Positions 10,775 through 22,483 of a stretch of 64,000 nucleotides of DNA are shown piece after piece. How positions within the stretch are numbered: position 1 is the first letter of the stretch; each line of letters opens with the position of its first letter. Source of the DNA: Minutocellus sp. GHC0000111 (Eukaryota); assembly GCA_977018835.1 (NCBI GenBank), contig OZ361256.1:2046001-2110000 (forward strand), written 5' to 3'. Made by a program: the position numbers and the translations under genes. Under the pieces are notes generated by a model. The model did no database searches. It saw only the letters and a list, made by a program, of their open reading frames with translations, and was not told the DNA's origin.

Positions 10775-11175
10775 CTCCAGAGTATCGATAAAGCCAGTGC
10801 GACTGACAACATTGCTGACCCAATGATCACAGTAGGCCGCCTGAGAAGACGGATCAAACACTGCATCGACTGGTTCAAGCCCCGGCAATATGCATGACAT
10901 GCTATCTGCATCAGCATTGCCCTTTTGAACAAACCGAAGAACGGTGCCACAATCTGCGTCAGACTCGCGGACATCTCCTTGATAATATGCATACACCTCG
11001 AGAACTTTTGTGCCGTCCTCATACGCTTGGATGGCCTTAGGCGTCACGAGTTTGGGATGCATTTCCATGTAGCGGTTGTAAATAGTATCGATCGATCCCG
11101 ATGTCACTTCAAACGCCAGCACAGCAATGCCCTGGCGACTCGAATGCGAATCAAAGAACATTTGGACATTGGAAG
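10775..11175 (-). repeat. 401-bp inverted copy of HPPD internal segment 8151-8551
   Basis: Reverse complement matches 8151-8551; same peptide [10 protein letters not shown]...GFIDTLE. Confidence 0.97.
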
Positions 11176-14100
11176 TGAACGACCTCGTGAGCTTCTTCGA
11201 GGCCGGTGCCCCCATCAACGACTGGCGGGGCATCACCCGCGTCCATCCGTGGGTGGAAGTGGTTGGGCTAGGCCTGACCCCCCTCCTCGTATCCCTCCTG
11301 CAAACCAGGTCGATGGTCGTCTTCCAGCATTTGGCCATCTTTGTCCGCACGGCGGTCAGTACCCTCCTCTACGAGAAGAGTCTGTGCATCAGCGCGGCCG
11401 GACGTGCCGCCACCTCGACCGGACAGGTTGTCAACATGATGAGCAACGATACCACCCAGCTCCAGCGCTTCATTCAGTTCGGCGGCATGACCATGGTCGC
11501 TCCCCTCCAGATCATCGTGGCGCTCGCCCTCATCTACCAGCAGGTCGGCAATGCCACCTGGGTCGGCGTCGCCTTCATGCTGGCCCTGGCCCCCGTCAAC
11601 GTCGTTGTGTTCAGCGTCGTTGGCAAGATGCGCCGCAAGGTCCTCAAGTACTCCGATCTGCGCGTGAAGATGATGAACGAGATTCTGGCGGGCATTCGCA
11701 TCATCAAGTACTATGCATGGGAACGTCCCTTCGCCAAGGAGGTGGGGAAGATCCGTGACAGCGAGCTCAAGGCGCTGACGAGGTTGGCGTACGTGTCGGC
11801 CGTCGGTTTCTCCCTGATTTTGCTCAGTGCGCCTATCATTCAGCCGATACTGGTCTTTTTGACCTACATCAAGATTCAGGACGAGCCTCTCAGTGCTGCC
11901 ACGGCCTTTACGACTGTTGCACTGTTCAACATTATGCGTTTTCCGTTCGCTTTCATGCCGATGGGTATGCTGCAGTTTATCCAAAGTCGTATCTCTCTCC
12001 GCCGTTTGGCCAGATACCTGGAGCTGCCGGAATTGGAGAAATATGTTGTCTCGGAGCCTCCCACCGACGACGATTCTAGCGATGCGTCGGCGCAGGTTGG
12101 TAGTATCACCATCAAAAATGCATCCTTCGCCTGGACAGCTTCCGGCAAAAAGATTGGTCCCATCGATGATGCTGCCGAAAAGGCCAAGAAGAAGAAGGAG
12201 GCAAGAGAGGCCAAGAAGGCCAAGCGCCGTAGCAGCAAGGCGACGCCAAATGCCGAGGATCTGCGAAAGTCGGCCACTGCAGAGCAGCTGCAAAAGATGC
12301 GAAAGAGTGCGAGTGTCGGGTCCAAGTTGGATGATCTCGAGGGTACCAACCATTCCTCCTTTGATGCCGAGTGGGGACCCGATAATCACACCACCCTACG
12401 CGATATTACCTGCACCATCGAGGCGGAATCGTTGATCGGAATTGTCGGTACTGTTGGAAGTGGCAAGTCATCGTTTCTGTCCGCTGTTTTGGGAGAGATG
12501 GAAGCAGTCGATGGCGCCAAAGTGTACGTCCCCAGAGATGAAAGTCCTAAGGAGCGAAAGAATTCCAACTTTAGCTCGTACTGTGCCCAGACGCCTTGGG
12601 TTGTGAACGACACTCTGAGGGGTAACATTTTGTTCGGCCGCCGGTACAATAAGGAACGATATGAAAAGGTGATCGAAGCCTGTGCTCTTCTTGACGATCT
12701 TGCCGTGCTGCCTGCTGGAGACAAGACAGAAATTGGCGAGAAGGGAATCAATCTGAGCGGCGGACAAAAGGCCCGCGTATCGCTCGCCAGGGCCATGTAT
12801 TCTGAGGAGACCAAGCTCCTCCTTCTGGACGACCCACTTTCGGCGGTAGATGCCCACGTCGGCGAGCATCTCTTCAGGAGAGCCATTACCGGAGAAGTCT
12901 CTGCCGGCACTACCAGGCTGCTTGTTACCCATCATGTTCACTTCTTGCCTCGCTGCGATAAGGTGATCGTTTTGGAAGGTGGAAGAATCAAACACTATGG
13001 AAAGTACTCCGATTTGATTGACGAGGGTGTTGACTTTGCTGGATCGGTAGACGTAACCAAGGGCGACGATGCACCTGATGCTTCCACTACCGAAGATGAT
13101 AAGGCGTCGTCATCCAGTGCCTCTCCTGCCAAGAAAGCTGAAAAGAGCGAGGATGACAAAAAGGACGCAGACGGTGGTAGCGCTGATGACAAGACCAAGG
13201 CAGCCATGAAGAAACGTGGCCAGAGTCTCGTCCAGAAAGAGGAACGTGAGGAGGGATCGGTGGCAGGCAGCGCGTATGTGCACTACGCAAGGGCTGGCGG
13301 TTTTTGCGCATTTCTCACCATGTTCATGATTCAAGGATTGGGAAGAGCATCCGAAATCGGCGCCTCGTTCTGGCTTGCCTACTGGGCTGAGAATGCTATT
13401 GGCGCAGCCATGGCCGGTACCCCCTTTCGGATGAACGGACGGTTTGGTACCTCAACATCTATGCCTTGTTCGGGATGGTTGCCGTCTTTGGTCTCACTAT
13501 CCGTTCGGTTCTTATGGCTGTTCATCGTCTTCACGCCTCCAAGACTCTTCACAAGAATCTCTTGACGAGGATACTTCGTGCTCCAGTGGCGTTCTTCGAT
13601 GTCACCCCAACAGGCCGTGTATTGGCTCGATTTGCCGCAGACATGGACAAAATTGACCTTGACCTCACCCAATCGATCGGACAGGGCATGGGAACCATCT
13701 TTTCGGTCCTTGGTGCGATCGGTGCCATCGTTGCCGCGACCAAGGGTACCTTCCTCATCGACCCTTCGACTCAACCTCAGCATCATCCCGCAGGATCCGG
13801 TCATGTTCTCAAATACGGTTCGTTACAACTTGGACCCCTTCGTTGAGAAATCTGACGAAGAGCTATGGGAAGTCCTCAAGAAGGTCCAGCTCGCTGAGGT
13901 CATTGCCATGCTCCCCAACGGCCTCGACGATCAGGTCGCGGAAGGTGGAGAGAATTTCAGTCAGGGTCAGAGACAGCTGTTGTGTATTGCTCGATCTCTT
14001 TTGAGAGGTAATCGCATCCTCGTGATGGACGAAGCCACAGCCTCCATCGACAACAAGACTGATGCGGCTATCCAGAAGATGATCCGTGAGAACTTTGGAG

Positions 14101-14297
14101 ATTGCACCGTACTCACTATTGCTCATCGTTTGGGTACTATTTTGGACAGCGATCGAATCCTTGTTCTGGATGATGGACACGTTGCTGAGTTCGACACTCC
14201 CGCGGCGCTACTCGCCAAGAAGGACGGAATCTTCAAGGCCATGGTCGAAAAGAGCAAGGCGTCGCATTCTGGCGGCAGCATTGAGGAGGAGACCTGA
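11176..14297 (+). pseudogene. ABCC/MRP transporter: 5'-truncated, frameshift near 13425, internal deletion near 13760
   Basis: TMD1, Walker [39 protein letters not shown]2 FFDVTPTGR; then a jump from ATKGTFLI to NBD2 [35 protein letters not shown]2 Walker A absent. Confidence 0.88.
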
Positions 14298-17200
14298 GAT
14301 ATGAAACCTGTAGATCTACTCACATTTGAAGTAAACACATAGGAAATTCCTACATGTAGCATGCTATATAGATCTACATGAGAGCATTTACATGTATGAA
14401 TAGATTCCTTCGGTTCGATTTTTCTGCTGCTGTTCTTGGCCCTTACTGGTGCGACTGCTGGCTGCAGGGCTGCTCTGGCGTTACTGCGTACCTTTCGAGT
14501 TCAGAGGATTTGAAAGTGACGTGATGATGACGTATTAGAAACACGACCACACCAGACCAAAAATCCAAGCTCACTTTTTCTAACTCCGAGGAATAAATGA
14601 CGGCCAAGATGGAAGTCGGGGCAAGAACCAAGTTATGGTCACCAACTTCTACATATAGTCGAGAGATATTGTGCACCAGAACCAATAAATGTACATTATG
14701 TGATGATATTTTTCGACATTTGCATTCCTCACCCCGGGAAAAAACACATTTTTGGAAGCACCAAATCAAAATGTAATGAATAGAAATGGACATGCTATGA
14801 TAAGTTATAGCAAATCAATGACTCCATCGTCTTCATCATTTTCATCTATGTCGTCCTCAATGTCATCATCTTCGCCGGGAGCATCAATTGGCCAGAGTGG
14901 TTCACCATCCTCTTCAGCTTCTTCCTCTCGGCAATTTTTGCGAGACCAGCCTTTCCCCGTCTGGTCTCCACAAGATTGTTACCGCCACGACTTCTCTTGA
15001 TGTTGTTATATATCACTGGAAGTTTTCCAAATACATTGAGAAAGGCCTCTTTTGATGCGACATTGGCCCATACTTTCATCACAGTCTTGTCAAGAGCATT
15101 CGCATCATTCTTCTGACCGCGATGCTCCTTTTCGACGGCCGACTGCAAAGACATCCAGATGCCGAGATCAAGAACATTTGTCTCGGGCGACCGAGGAACC
15201 TGCTGGATTATCTCAATCTTATATTTGTTTTTGAGGTCCTCGGTGTACTTCTCAACTGCTTCATTGGACCCATGACCGCCGGCATTGTCCATCATAAGAC
15301 ATGTAACATCAGACTCCTGAATATTTTGTGGATCCCACTTCACCCAATGATGTGCGTCTCGAATCGCCTTCCCGACCTCATTCATAGTCTCCAACATCCA
15401 TTTGGAGTCGCAGCTACAGTCCTTGGTAACCTTATCGCCCCGTTGATGCCGCACCCCGAGCTCAAGGTCGTCGATCTCAACCTTCACCTTCTCTCCATTG
15501 CTGCTATCAGGAGTGTGTCGCTTGAGACTCGAGATCTTTTGATTGTAGCCAACAGCGGCATGCTTGCGACTTTTTGCCTGACCGTCGGATTTATAGTCCT
15601 CGTATTGAAGTTCCAATCGCTCTGTGTAACAAACTCAGAAAGGCCGTAGATTTCGGCAATGTGGTCGCAAAGATGGCCGGCGGTCATGTCAGCATTCTCG
15701 TCGTAAATGTCGCGCCAATCTTTGTCATTTTTTAGCGCATCGTTGACCTTAGCATCTGGAGAGAAATTCTGATTACGCGTAAGCTTTTCCACCTTCTGCT
15801 CCCTGGCGACTCTCTTGATCATGATGCGCCCATTGAAATCAACGTCTTTGGTTTCATCCTTCATTGGTCGGCCAACAACTCCAAGATACATAACTTTGAC
15901 AGGGTGTCTTCTGGATCGAATTTTCGGGCTTGCCTCGGAAGCATGGATAGACGCGAGGTTCGGACTGCTTAGTTCTTCGTCAGAAAGTGGCAACATCTTG
16001 ATCTTTCGTCGCCGAGTAGCAGTGTAAAACCACTTTTCATCAAGATACGCTACAGGAATGTTGGGATCGGTCGTAATGTCCTCCCACTTTTCGATCCAAT
16101 CAAGTCGCTTCCTACAACATTCGGGGGTGAGCCTCGGCTTCTCGATCGACGACTTCTCCTTACCGCCTTGCTTTTTCCACCAGCGAAAAAGCTGAAGACG
16201 ATGGAGACTAATTGTCAGCCTGTCTTCATCTGGAGTAGCTGATTTTGCGCTCATGCAGTCAGCTAGCTCCTTAAAGGTTGCCATCGCACCCTTCATCCGA
16301 GCAGCATGCCGACACAGCTCGCGGAGACATCCTGGCTCCTTCTCCTCGATCATGTCCGTGCATGCCTTCCTTCCACGAACCTCCTTTCTGCCGATGATGG
16401 GATTGCTGATGCCATCAGCAAGGCTTTTGTAGAGCTGGTGTCTCCACTTGTAAAGCTGAGAACCACCGGTTGACTTGGCATGACCGTGATCGTGTACGCA
16501 ACTTGCCGACACGCGGCAGTTGCAATTTGTTGCCGGTCTTCATGCGTGCGAGTTGGGTCGCCGCATCCCCACCAATCCGCGAGAGCCACGGCGCTGAACC
16601 GCACTCTTTCATTCGCCTGCTTTTCTTTTCTGATTGGCATTGGTTCGGTGACGGTTGCATTGGGACGAGGAGGACGGAGCATGTCATCGTTGGCCATCCG
16701 AACAACAAAGTCGACAAAGCCGAGAGCGACCTTTTAACCTGTTCATCAATGTCACTGGAGGTGGCACAGACAACGGAAGTGTCGGCTCCTCCTAAACCTT
16801 CATCATTGGGGGAGGCTGCAGCTGCTTCAGTGGCGGAAGCATCACCAGTTCCCTTCAGCATGCTGAGGAGACTTGCTGGCATCCAAAACCCAGTTTCTTG
16901 GCCTCGTCGACTAGTGATTTTACTCTTGCTTCGCAATGCGCTGACTGCACCTCCTTTCTGTGAGCTGACAACCTCTCACCTAGCTTAGTAGCTAAGACAG
17001 TCGAGCGCCCAGAGAACAGAACTTCATCGGGATTTCTTTTCTCGTGCACCTACCTTCTGTCCCTCCGGTCCAGAGAATTTCGGGTGGCTGTCCTCCTTCT
17101 TTTTACGCAACCTGTGAGCACAAACAACATGAAGCGCCCTGCGTCTTGTCTTCCCTCTCGGCCGATGCGTCGACAAGTGCAACTTCAAACTGCAATGCTC

Positions 17201-17698
17201 CTTGAGATGTTGCTGCATGTCCTTCCATTTTTCCTCGTTGCACTGTAGCTCATGCTTTCCTCCACCGACGGACTTGGAACGCAACAAGTCGGCCTCGATG
17301 AAAGCAGGGAGGACGTCTTCCCATTTCTGCCGAGAACCAACACAAATGTCATCTTTGCCGCAGGAATCGGGGGTCACTCTCCACCACAGATCCTTCTTAC
17401 CAGCCCTTCGAATGACATCTGCTGCAAGGAGAAAGGCCATGGGGACAGGAGGAGGGGCCGTCCTCTTCTTCGCCGACGACGGTGACGGTTTGGCGGGCGA
17501 ATTTGACCGTGGCCGCTTCTTCGACGTGTTTGCGCTCGGCGATGGTGTTTTCGGCTCAGCTGCCGCCTTTGCCGCCTTCCTGGATGCCTTGGTGTTGCCT
17601 CTCTTGCTCCCTGAGAACGAAGTTCTGCTGCGTTTGCATTTTTTGGGCGTGGTCTGGTTGGTCGTCGTCGTCGTCACAAAATTTGCGGGTTGCGGTGA
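14121..17698. repeat. Segmental duplication copy B of 1-3578
   Basis: Identical ORF set offset by 14120. Confidence 0.97.
14491..17698 (-). mobile_element. Second copy of the DD39D mariner element, lacking the TIR upstream of the transposase
   Basis: TIR at 14491-14512 after TA; same frameshifted transposase (14805-17671) but ATG reads ACG; sequence diverges after 17698. Confidence 0.9.
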
Positions 17699-17855
17699 GA
17701 GAGAGGGTGTGCGGGGGACCAAAAAACACATGTGTTCCTGCCAGAATCTGCTGGACCTGCGAACTCAGTGGATGCTGCTGGTCGGTGGCAACCTGCCTAG
17801 CTAGATGTTGTTCTGCGACATCACTTGCAGAAGTTCTAAAACTAGAAGTTGTGAA

Positions 17856-18002
17856 CTCTCTCTCCTCTGGAAACAGCACGCGCGGGGAAAGCACGGGGCG
17901 CTAGCTTCCACCGCGTTGCTCTCTGCGGCGGGATGAGCTCTCTCTCATCCTCTCTGGAAACATCACGCGGGGAAAGCACGGGGGGCGCTAGCTTCTCCAC
18001 CG
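17856..18002 (+). repeat. Two imperfect direct repeats of about 60 bp
   Basis: CTCTGGAAACA(G/T)CACGCG(CG)GGGAAAGCACGGGG(GG)CGCTAGCTT(CT)CCACCG at about 17856-17913 and 17938-18002. Confidence 0.85.
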
Positions 18003-18294
18003 ACCCTGCCAAGTCCTTGTGTCATCCATCCCCTTCTCTCCAGTGAAAGCAGCGCCCTCCCATGAACGCATTCCAACCAGTCCCACTGACAATGCACCCA
18101 ACGTTCGTTCCTTCCCCTGACTGCGAAGACGGTGCCAGTGTGCTTGCACCAGGCTCATCGGCATGGAGGAGAACGAGGTTAGACATTCTGCTGGGTGTCT
18201 TTTCATAAATTTTGGTATGTCCGTCGCCCGCCCTCGTTCGTTGCGCGAGCGAGCAAAGGCCTCTCATTATTTTTCAGCACAAGATACTGCAACC

Positions 18295-21200
18295 ATGGGG
18301 GACGACGAAGACGTTCCCATGGAGACCGATACTCCCCTCAAGAAGGAGGAGGAGGAGGAAGTAGATGCCGACGATGCGGCCAATAACGGTGGCGGTGCTG
18401 CCAGCGGTATCCTTTTGAGCGGAGCCGACGAGCCCGAAGACGAAGAGGAGGAGGAGGATGCCGATGCCACCGCCGGTGCCTCCGGTGCTGGAGGTGCCGC
18501 AGCCCTCGGTGGTGCTGCTGCGGCCGCTCCGGTCTACAACACGGCCGACCATCCCTACCGTCTCATTTCCTCCATCATCACCCCCTCTCCCTTTGCGCGC
18601 CACAACTCGTCCGATCGGTACCGCTCGGCCTTGTCGCGCGTCCAGTCGGCCCCGCTGACGGACGTCGAGGCCTGGAGCGCCATCCTCACCGAAGCGTCGA
18701 CGTCCTACCGAAGCCTGCTGCCGCATTTGCACTACCTGACGTCGCCCAGCCTGGCCACGGGGACCGTCCCGCCGCCGTCGGTGGCCGCCTCGAGCGCCGA
18801 ACTGGAGGCCAAATTGGACTGGATCGAGTCCTGCCACGGATCGCTCCTTTCCAACTTCCCCTACAGCGCGTCGTACGTGGTGTCCATGGCCGAGATGCTG
18901 CTGGGCCAAACGGCCCTGCCGGGCGAAGAGGGGCTGGTCGGCATGCCGTCGCTGCCGGCCAACTTCCCCCCGCCTCACGAGGGCATGCTGACCGAGCGGC
19001 AGAAGCGGTGCCAGGACAAGCTGGAGCGGATCTTCACGGTCGGACTCGGCGTTACCGATTTGGACGGGACGGGCAAGGGCGATGGCATTGCCGCCGGAGC
19101 TTCTGCTGCTGGTTCTGGTGGCAGTGGTGCTGCAGGAGGCAAAGATAACAACGACGACGATGTGGATGATGATGGTGTTGATCCCTTTGCCAAGTCCACC
19201 ACCGATCTCATCGGTGGCATTCTGTCTCCGTCGGCCGAGCTTTGGCTATTGTACGTCAAATACGTCACCCGTCGGGCCACCCGGACGGCCAACGTTACCC
19301 ACCCTCCATCGGCCGGTGGAGCCTCGGCATCTGCCCGGGCCGAGTACATCCGTGACCGTGCCACCACGGCCTACGAAACGGCGCTGGCCCGTGGCGGTGC
19401 CTTCTGCCTCAACAACCATCTGGTGTGGTCCGGATATCTCACCTTCGTCAAGGGGTGGGAGGGGCAGGCCACCACGTCCGCCCCCGATGGGTCCATCACC
19501 ACCGACCATGCCCTCCTCCAGAAGCGTCTGTCGCATCTCCGCAGGCTGTACCAGCGCCTCGTCGGCCATCCCATGACCGGCCTCGACATGTACTGGACCG
19601 AATACGAGAACTACGAGAAGAATCAGGGCGGTACCGGCGCCGAGCAGCTGGCCGCCGCCCTCATTGCCGAGCATCAGCCCCGCTACCAGCACGCGCGCAG
19701 TGTGTACCTGGAACGCAATCGCATCTGCGACCTGAGGAATGCGCAGACCAGTCTGGGCGTCGGACGGTTGGCCGTCCCGCCCGTCGAACCGCCCCGCCGT
19801 CGTGGAAAGGGGGGCGTTGGTGGTATGGCCGATGCCGATGGCAAGGTGGCCGGCCTGGCCGGTGCCGTCCCCAAGAAGGGCGGAGCCGGAGAGGACGGCA
19901 CAGGTGGCGCCGCCGGCGCTGGCGGGGCTGCCGATGACGACGATGCCGCCGACAAGATGGCCCAGTACGAGACCAACCTGGAGGAGGAGCTGACGCTGCT
20001 GTCCCGCTGGACCACCCGAGTATCGTACGAGCGGACCAACCCCGAACGTCTGGCCGCTGGTGATCTTACCCGTCGAGTCCGGTCGATCTACAAGGAGTTT
20101 GTGTCCTGCTTTGCCCGCCATCCCGAGACTTGGGATGGATGGTCCGCGTGGGAATTCCTGCATTCGGCTTCGTCTGATTCGGTCTCATCAAGTGGCGGTA
20201 GTCGAAAGCTGGCCGGAAAGGTCCTGAGGAGGCGGGCTGCCATGGCCGATGCCGTCCTTCAGTTGGGCATGACCAATGTGCCTACTTCGGCCCTATTGGT
20301 CATTCAGCGCGCTGAAATCTTGGAGCAGTGCGGAAGTAGCAGCGGCAAATCACTGGACGACGGCAGTAGCAAAGACAGGGCTGGAGCCGAGGCGGCCATC
20401 GAGCTCTTATCAACTTATGCCAAGGAGCACCCGACTACCCTCGTCTTTGTATGTCTGCAGAAGATGGTCCGCAAGTACAAGGGCATCAGTGCCGCCCGGG
20501 CTGTCTTCTCCAGAGCACGAAAGGAGCTCAAAATGCGCCCGGAGGATTGTGCTGAGGATTTGATGGCCGTGGCTGCCGATGCGGATGGTGATGCGGTCGG
20601 GTCGAGTGCCAATGTTGTCAGCGAAACCGAGAATGGCGACAAGACGGCTGACAATGGCGGTGCCAAGAAGGCTGCCATGTCCGTAGCTGGAAGTACTGGT
20701 ACTTCAGAAGGTCGTATGGTAACCACCCGCCTGGCTCCATCTGTTGGAGTCGGACCTGTCGCATCCTTGATTGGTTCAGGTGATGGCAATGCGCCGGAGG
20801 ATGCAACTACTGCAGTCGTTCATCGCGGCGTCATTACTCATCATCTGTATTCCTCACATGCCGATATTGAGCGATACCTGAATTCGTCTCCTCATGTTGC
20901 CGCCCGCGTCTATGAGTTGGGATTGCGTCGTCATCGAACGTTCCTCACCGTGCCCAGCTACGTTCTGGCATATGCAAATCTATTGCTTGAGCTCGGCGAT
21001 TGGTCGAATCTTCGTGGTTTGCTTGCCCGAAGCGTTGGCGCATGTGAAGAGGACTTGGCCAACACGGATGGAGGAGGCACTGCAGTCCGCGACGCCGATA
21101 AGTCAAAGACATCGGATTCGGCCGACTCAAAGGCATCTGCATCCAAGGCAAGACGCGAGGCATCAAGACCTTTGTGGGATGCTTACCTTCGCATCGAGTC

Positions 21201-22182
21201 ACTGATCTCATCAGTATCGGGTAGCGGTGACGTAGATTCGGTTCGCAACGTTGAAGCCAGAAGGAGAAGAGCTCTTTACGGTCCAACTTCGTCTACCTCT
21301 CGGGCGGCCGATGGTGATCAGGCCGAGGATGTTGCCGGTGGAGCCTACAGCGTCGTAGAAGGCAATCAGCATTCCAACCTCGCCGATACTCTTGTTCGGA
21401 CCGATGGGTATGATGCAAGCTCAAGGATTTCCAATGGCTTGGGTCGTCTCGTCGACTCCCTCGAGGTTTGTGGCCTGATGGGCGGTGGTCTTGGCTCATC
21501 GGGAGCTAATGCTCTGCTTGGTTCCGGAGGCTCTACTGCAAGCATTTTGTCTGAATCTACCTCAGCTGTTGCTGGAAGTATCGCCAGCGATAGCTTGGCT
21601 GGTGGACCGGCTGATGCAGGTATCAAGCGTCGTCTGTCGCACGTCCAACGCCGAGAAGCAATGGCAGCGCTCGCTAGCATGACGGGTGGTGCCATGCTGG
21701 GCACTGCCGGCCTTACAGTTGTTGGTGTTGGTGCTGGCGTAGTTGGAGGAGCTGCAGGCAGAGCACGAGATAGGCTTATGCAACAGCAGGCAGCCACAGC
21801 ACAGGCCAACGCTGCGGCAACGATCGCTCCTGGATCACCGGAATGGCTCAGATCGCTCATCCTATATCTTCCCAGGCTACCAGCTCATAGGGTTGGTCAG
21901 CGGCCTCCACCCCACCTTATCGAAATGGCGTTGGCTTCTCTTCAGTCCAATGACTTGCCCGCCGACAGACCGGTTGATCCAGTCCCAACAGTTGACGCAA
22001 CGGTCCCTGGCGTCTCACCCATCGACGCTTCGGCTCCATCTGATCCGCGCAAGAGGAAACGTGGCCTTTCGGGAGGCGGAGGAGGTGGAGACTCATCCGA
22101 TGAGGAGAACGGCGGTGGTGCGAGCGGTTATGGGAGCCAGTTCCGAGCGAGGCAGCGGCAACGCATGATGTCCGGCCAGTAG
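18295..22182 (+). CDS. CSTF3: Cleavage stimulation factor 77 kDa / Suf / Rna14 HAT-repeat protein
   Basis: Long ORF, likely start MGDDED; HAT-type motifs ELWLLYVKY, LRRLYQRLVGHPMTGLDMYWTEYENYEK, GISAARAVFSRAR, AARVYELGL; C-terminal FRARQRQR. Confidence 0.85.
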   Translation: MGDDEDVPMETDTPLKKEEEEEVDADDAANNGGGAASGILLSGADEPEDEEEEEDADATAGASGAGGAAALGGAAAAAPVYNTADHPYRLISSIITPSPFARHNSSDRYRSALSRVQSAPLTDVEAWSAILTEASTSYRSLLPHLHYLTSPSLATGTVPPPSVAASSAELEAKLDWIESCHGSLLSNFPYSASYVVSMAEMLLGQTALPGEEGLVGMPSLPANFPPPHEGMLTERQKRCQDKLERIFTVGLGVTDLDGTGKGDGIAAGASAAGSGGSGAAGGKDNNDDDVDDDGVDPFAKSTTDLIGGILSPSAELWLLYVKYVTRRATRTANVTHPPSAGGASASARAEYIRDRATTAYETALARGGAFCLNNHLVWSGYLTFVKGWEGQATTSAPDGSITTDHALLQKRLSHLRRLYQRLVGHPMTGLDMYWTEYENYEKNQGGTGAEQLAAALIAEHQPRYQHARSVYLERNRICDLRNAQTSLGVGRLAVPPVEPPRRRGKGGVGGMADADGKVAGLAGAVPKKGGAGEDGTGGAAGAGGAADDDDAADKMAQYETNLEEELTLLSRWTTRVSYERTNPERLAAGDLTRRVRSIYKEFVSCFARHPETWDGWSAWEFLHSASSDSVSSSGGSRKLAGKVLRRRAAMADAVLQLGMTNVPTSALLVIQRAEILEQCGSSSGKSLDDGSSKDRAGAEAAIELLSTYAKEHPTTLVFVCLQKMVRKYKGISAARAVFSRARKELKMRPEDCAEDLMAVAADADGDAVGSSANVVSETENGDKTADNGGAKKAAMSVAGSTGTSEGRMVTTRLAPSVGVGPVASLIGSGDGNAPEDATTAVVHRGVITHHLYSSHADIERYLNSSPHVAARVYELGLRRHRTFLTVPSYVLAYANLLLELGDWSNLRGLLARSVGACEEDLANTDGGGTAVRDADKSKTSDSADSKASASKARREASRPLWDAYLRIESLISSVSGSGDVDSVRNVEARRRRALYGPTSSTSRAADGDQAEDVAGGAYSVVEGNQHSNLADTLVRTDGYDASSRISNGLGRLVDSLEVCGLMGGGLGSSGANALLGSGGSTASILSESTSAVAGSIASDSLAGGPADAGIKRRLSHVQRREAMAALASMTGGAMLGTAGLTVVGVGAGVVGGAAGRARDRLMQQQAATAQANAAATIAPGSPEWLRSLILYLPRLPAHRVGQRPPPHLIEMALASLQSNDLPADRPVDPVPTVDATVPGVSPIDASAPSDPRKRKRGLSGGGGGGDSSDEENGGGASGYGSQFRARQRQRMMSGQ

Positions 22183-22483
22183 ACTTGGGCAAGCAAGCGC
22201 AGGATAAATTTAATCACACAAACCCTGGGACGCCACTACGTCGTAGAATCTGTGCCCACACGTAAATTTATCTACTGGAATCCGAAGCTGCTCCCCGATC
22301 AGTAAGTATAAATCCACCCCGCTTATATATAAAGAAAACAATAGATAAGTACACTATTACCATGGTACCAATTACTTTCTCGTTTGATTTCTACCTGAGC
22401 AGTATCTAGCCAGAAGATATCTAGCTACGTAGTTATAGGTTCTATCTAGATATCTACTTCGAAATATTTACAATTCTACCTCA

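Noticed and set aside
11127..11175. ATG start of the 812-aa ABC ORF
   Set aside because: Derives from the inverted HPPD fragment; not the native N-terminus.
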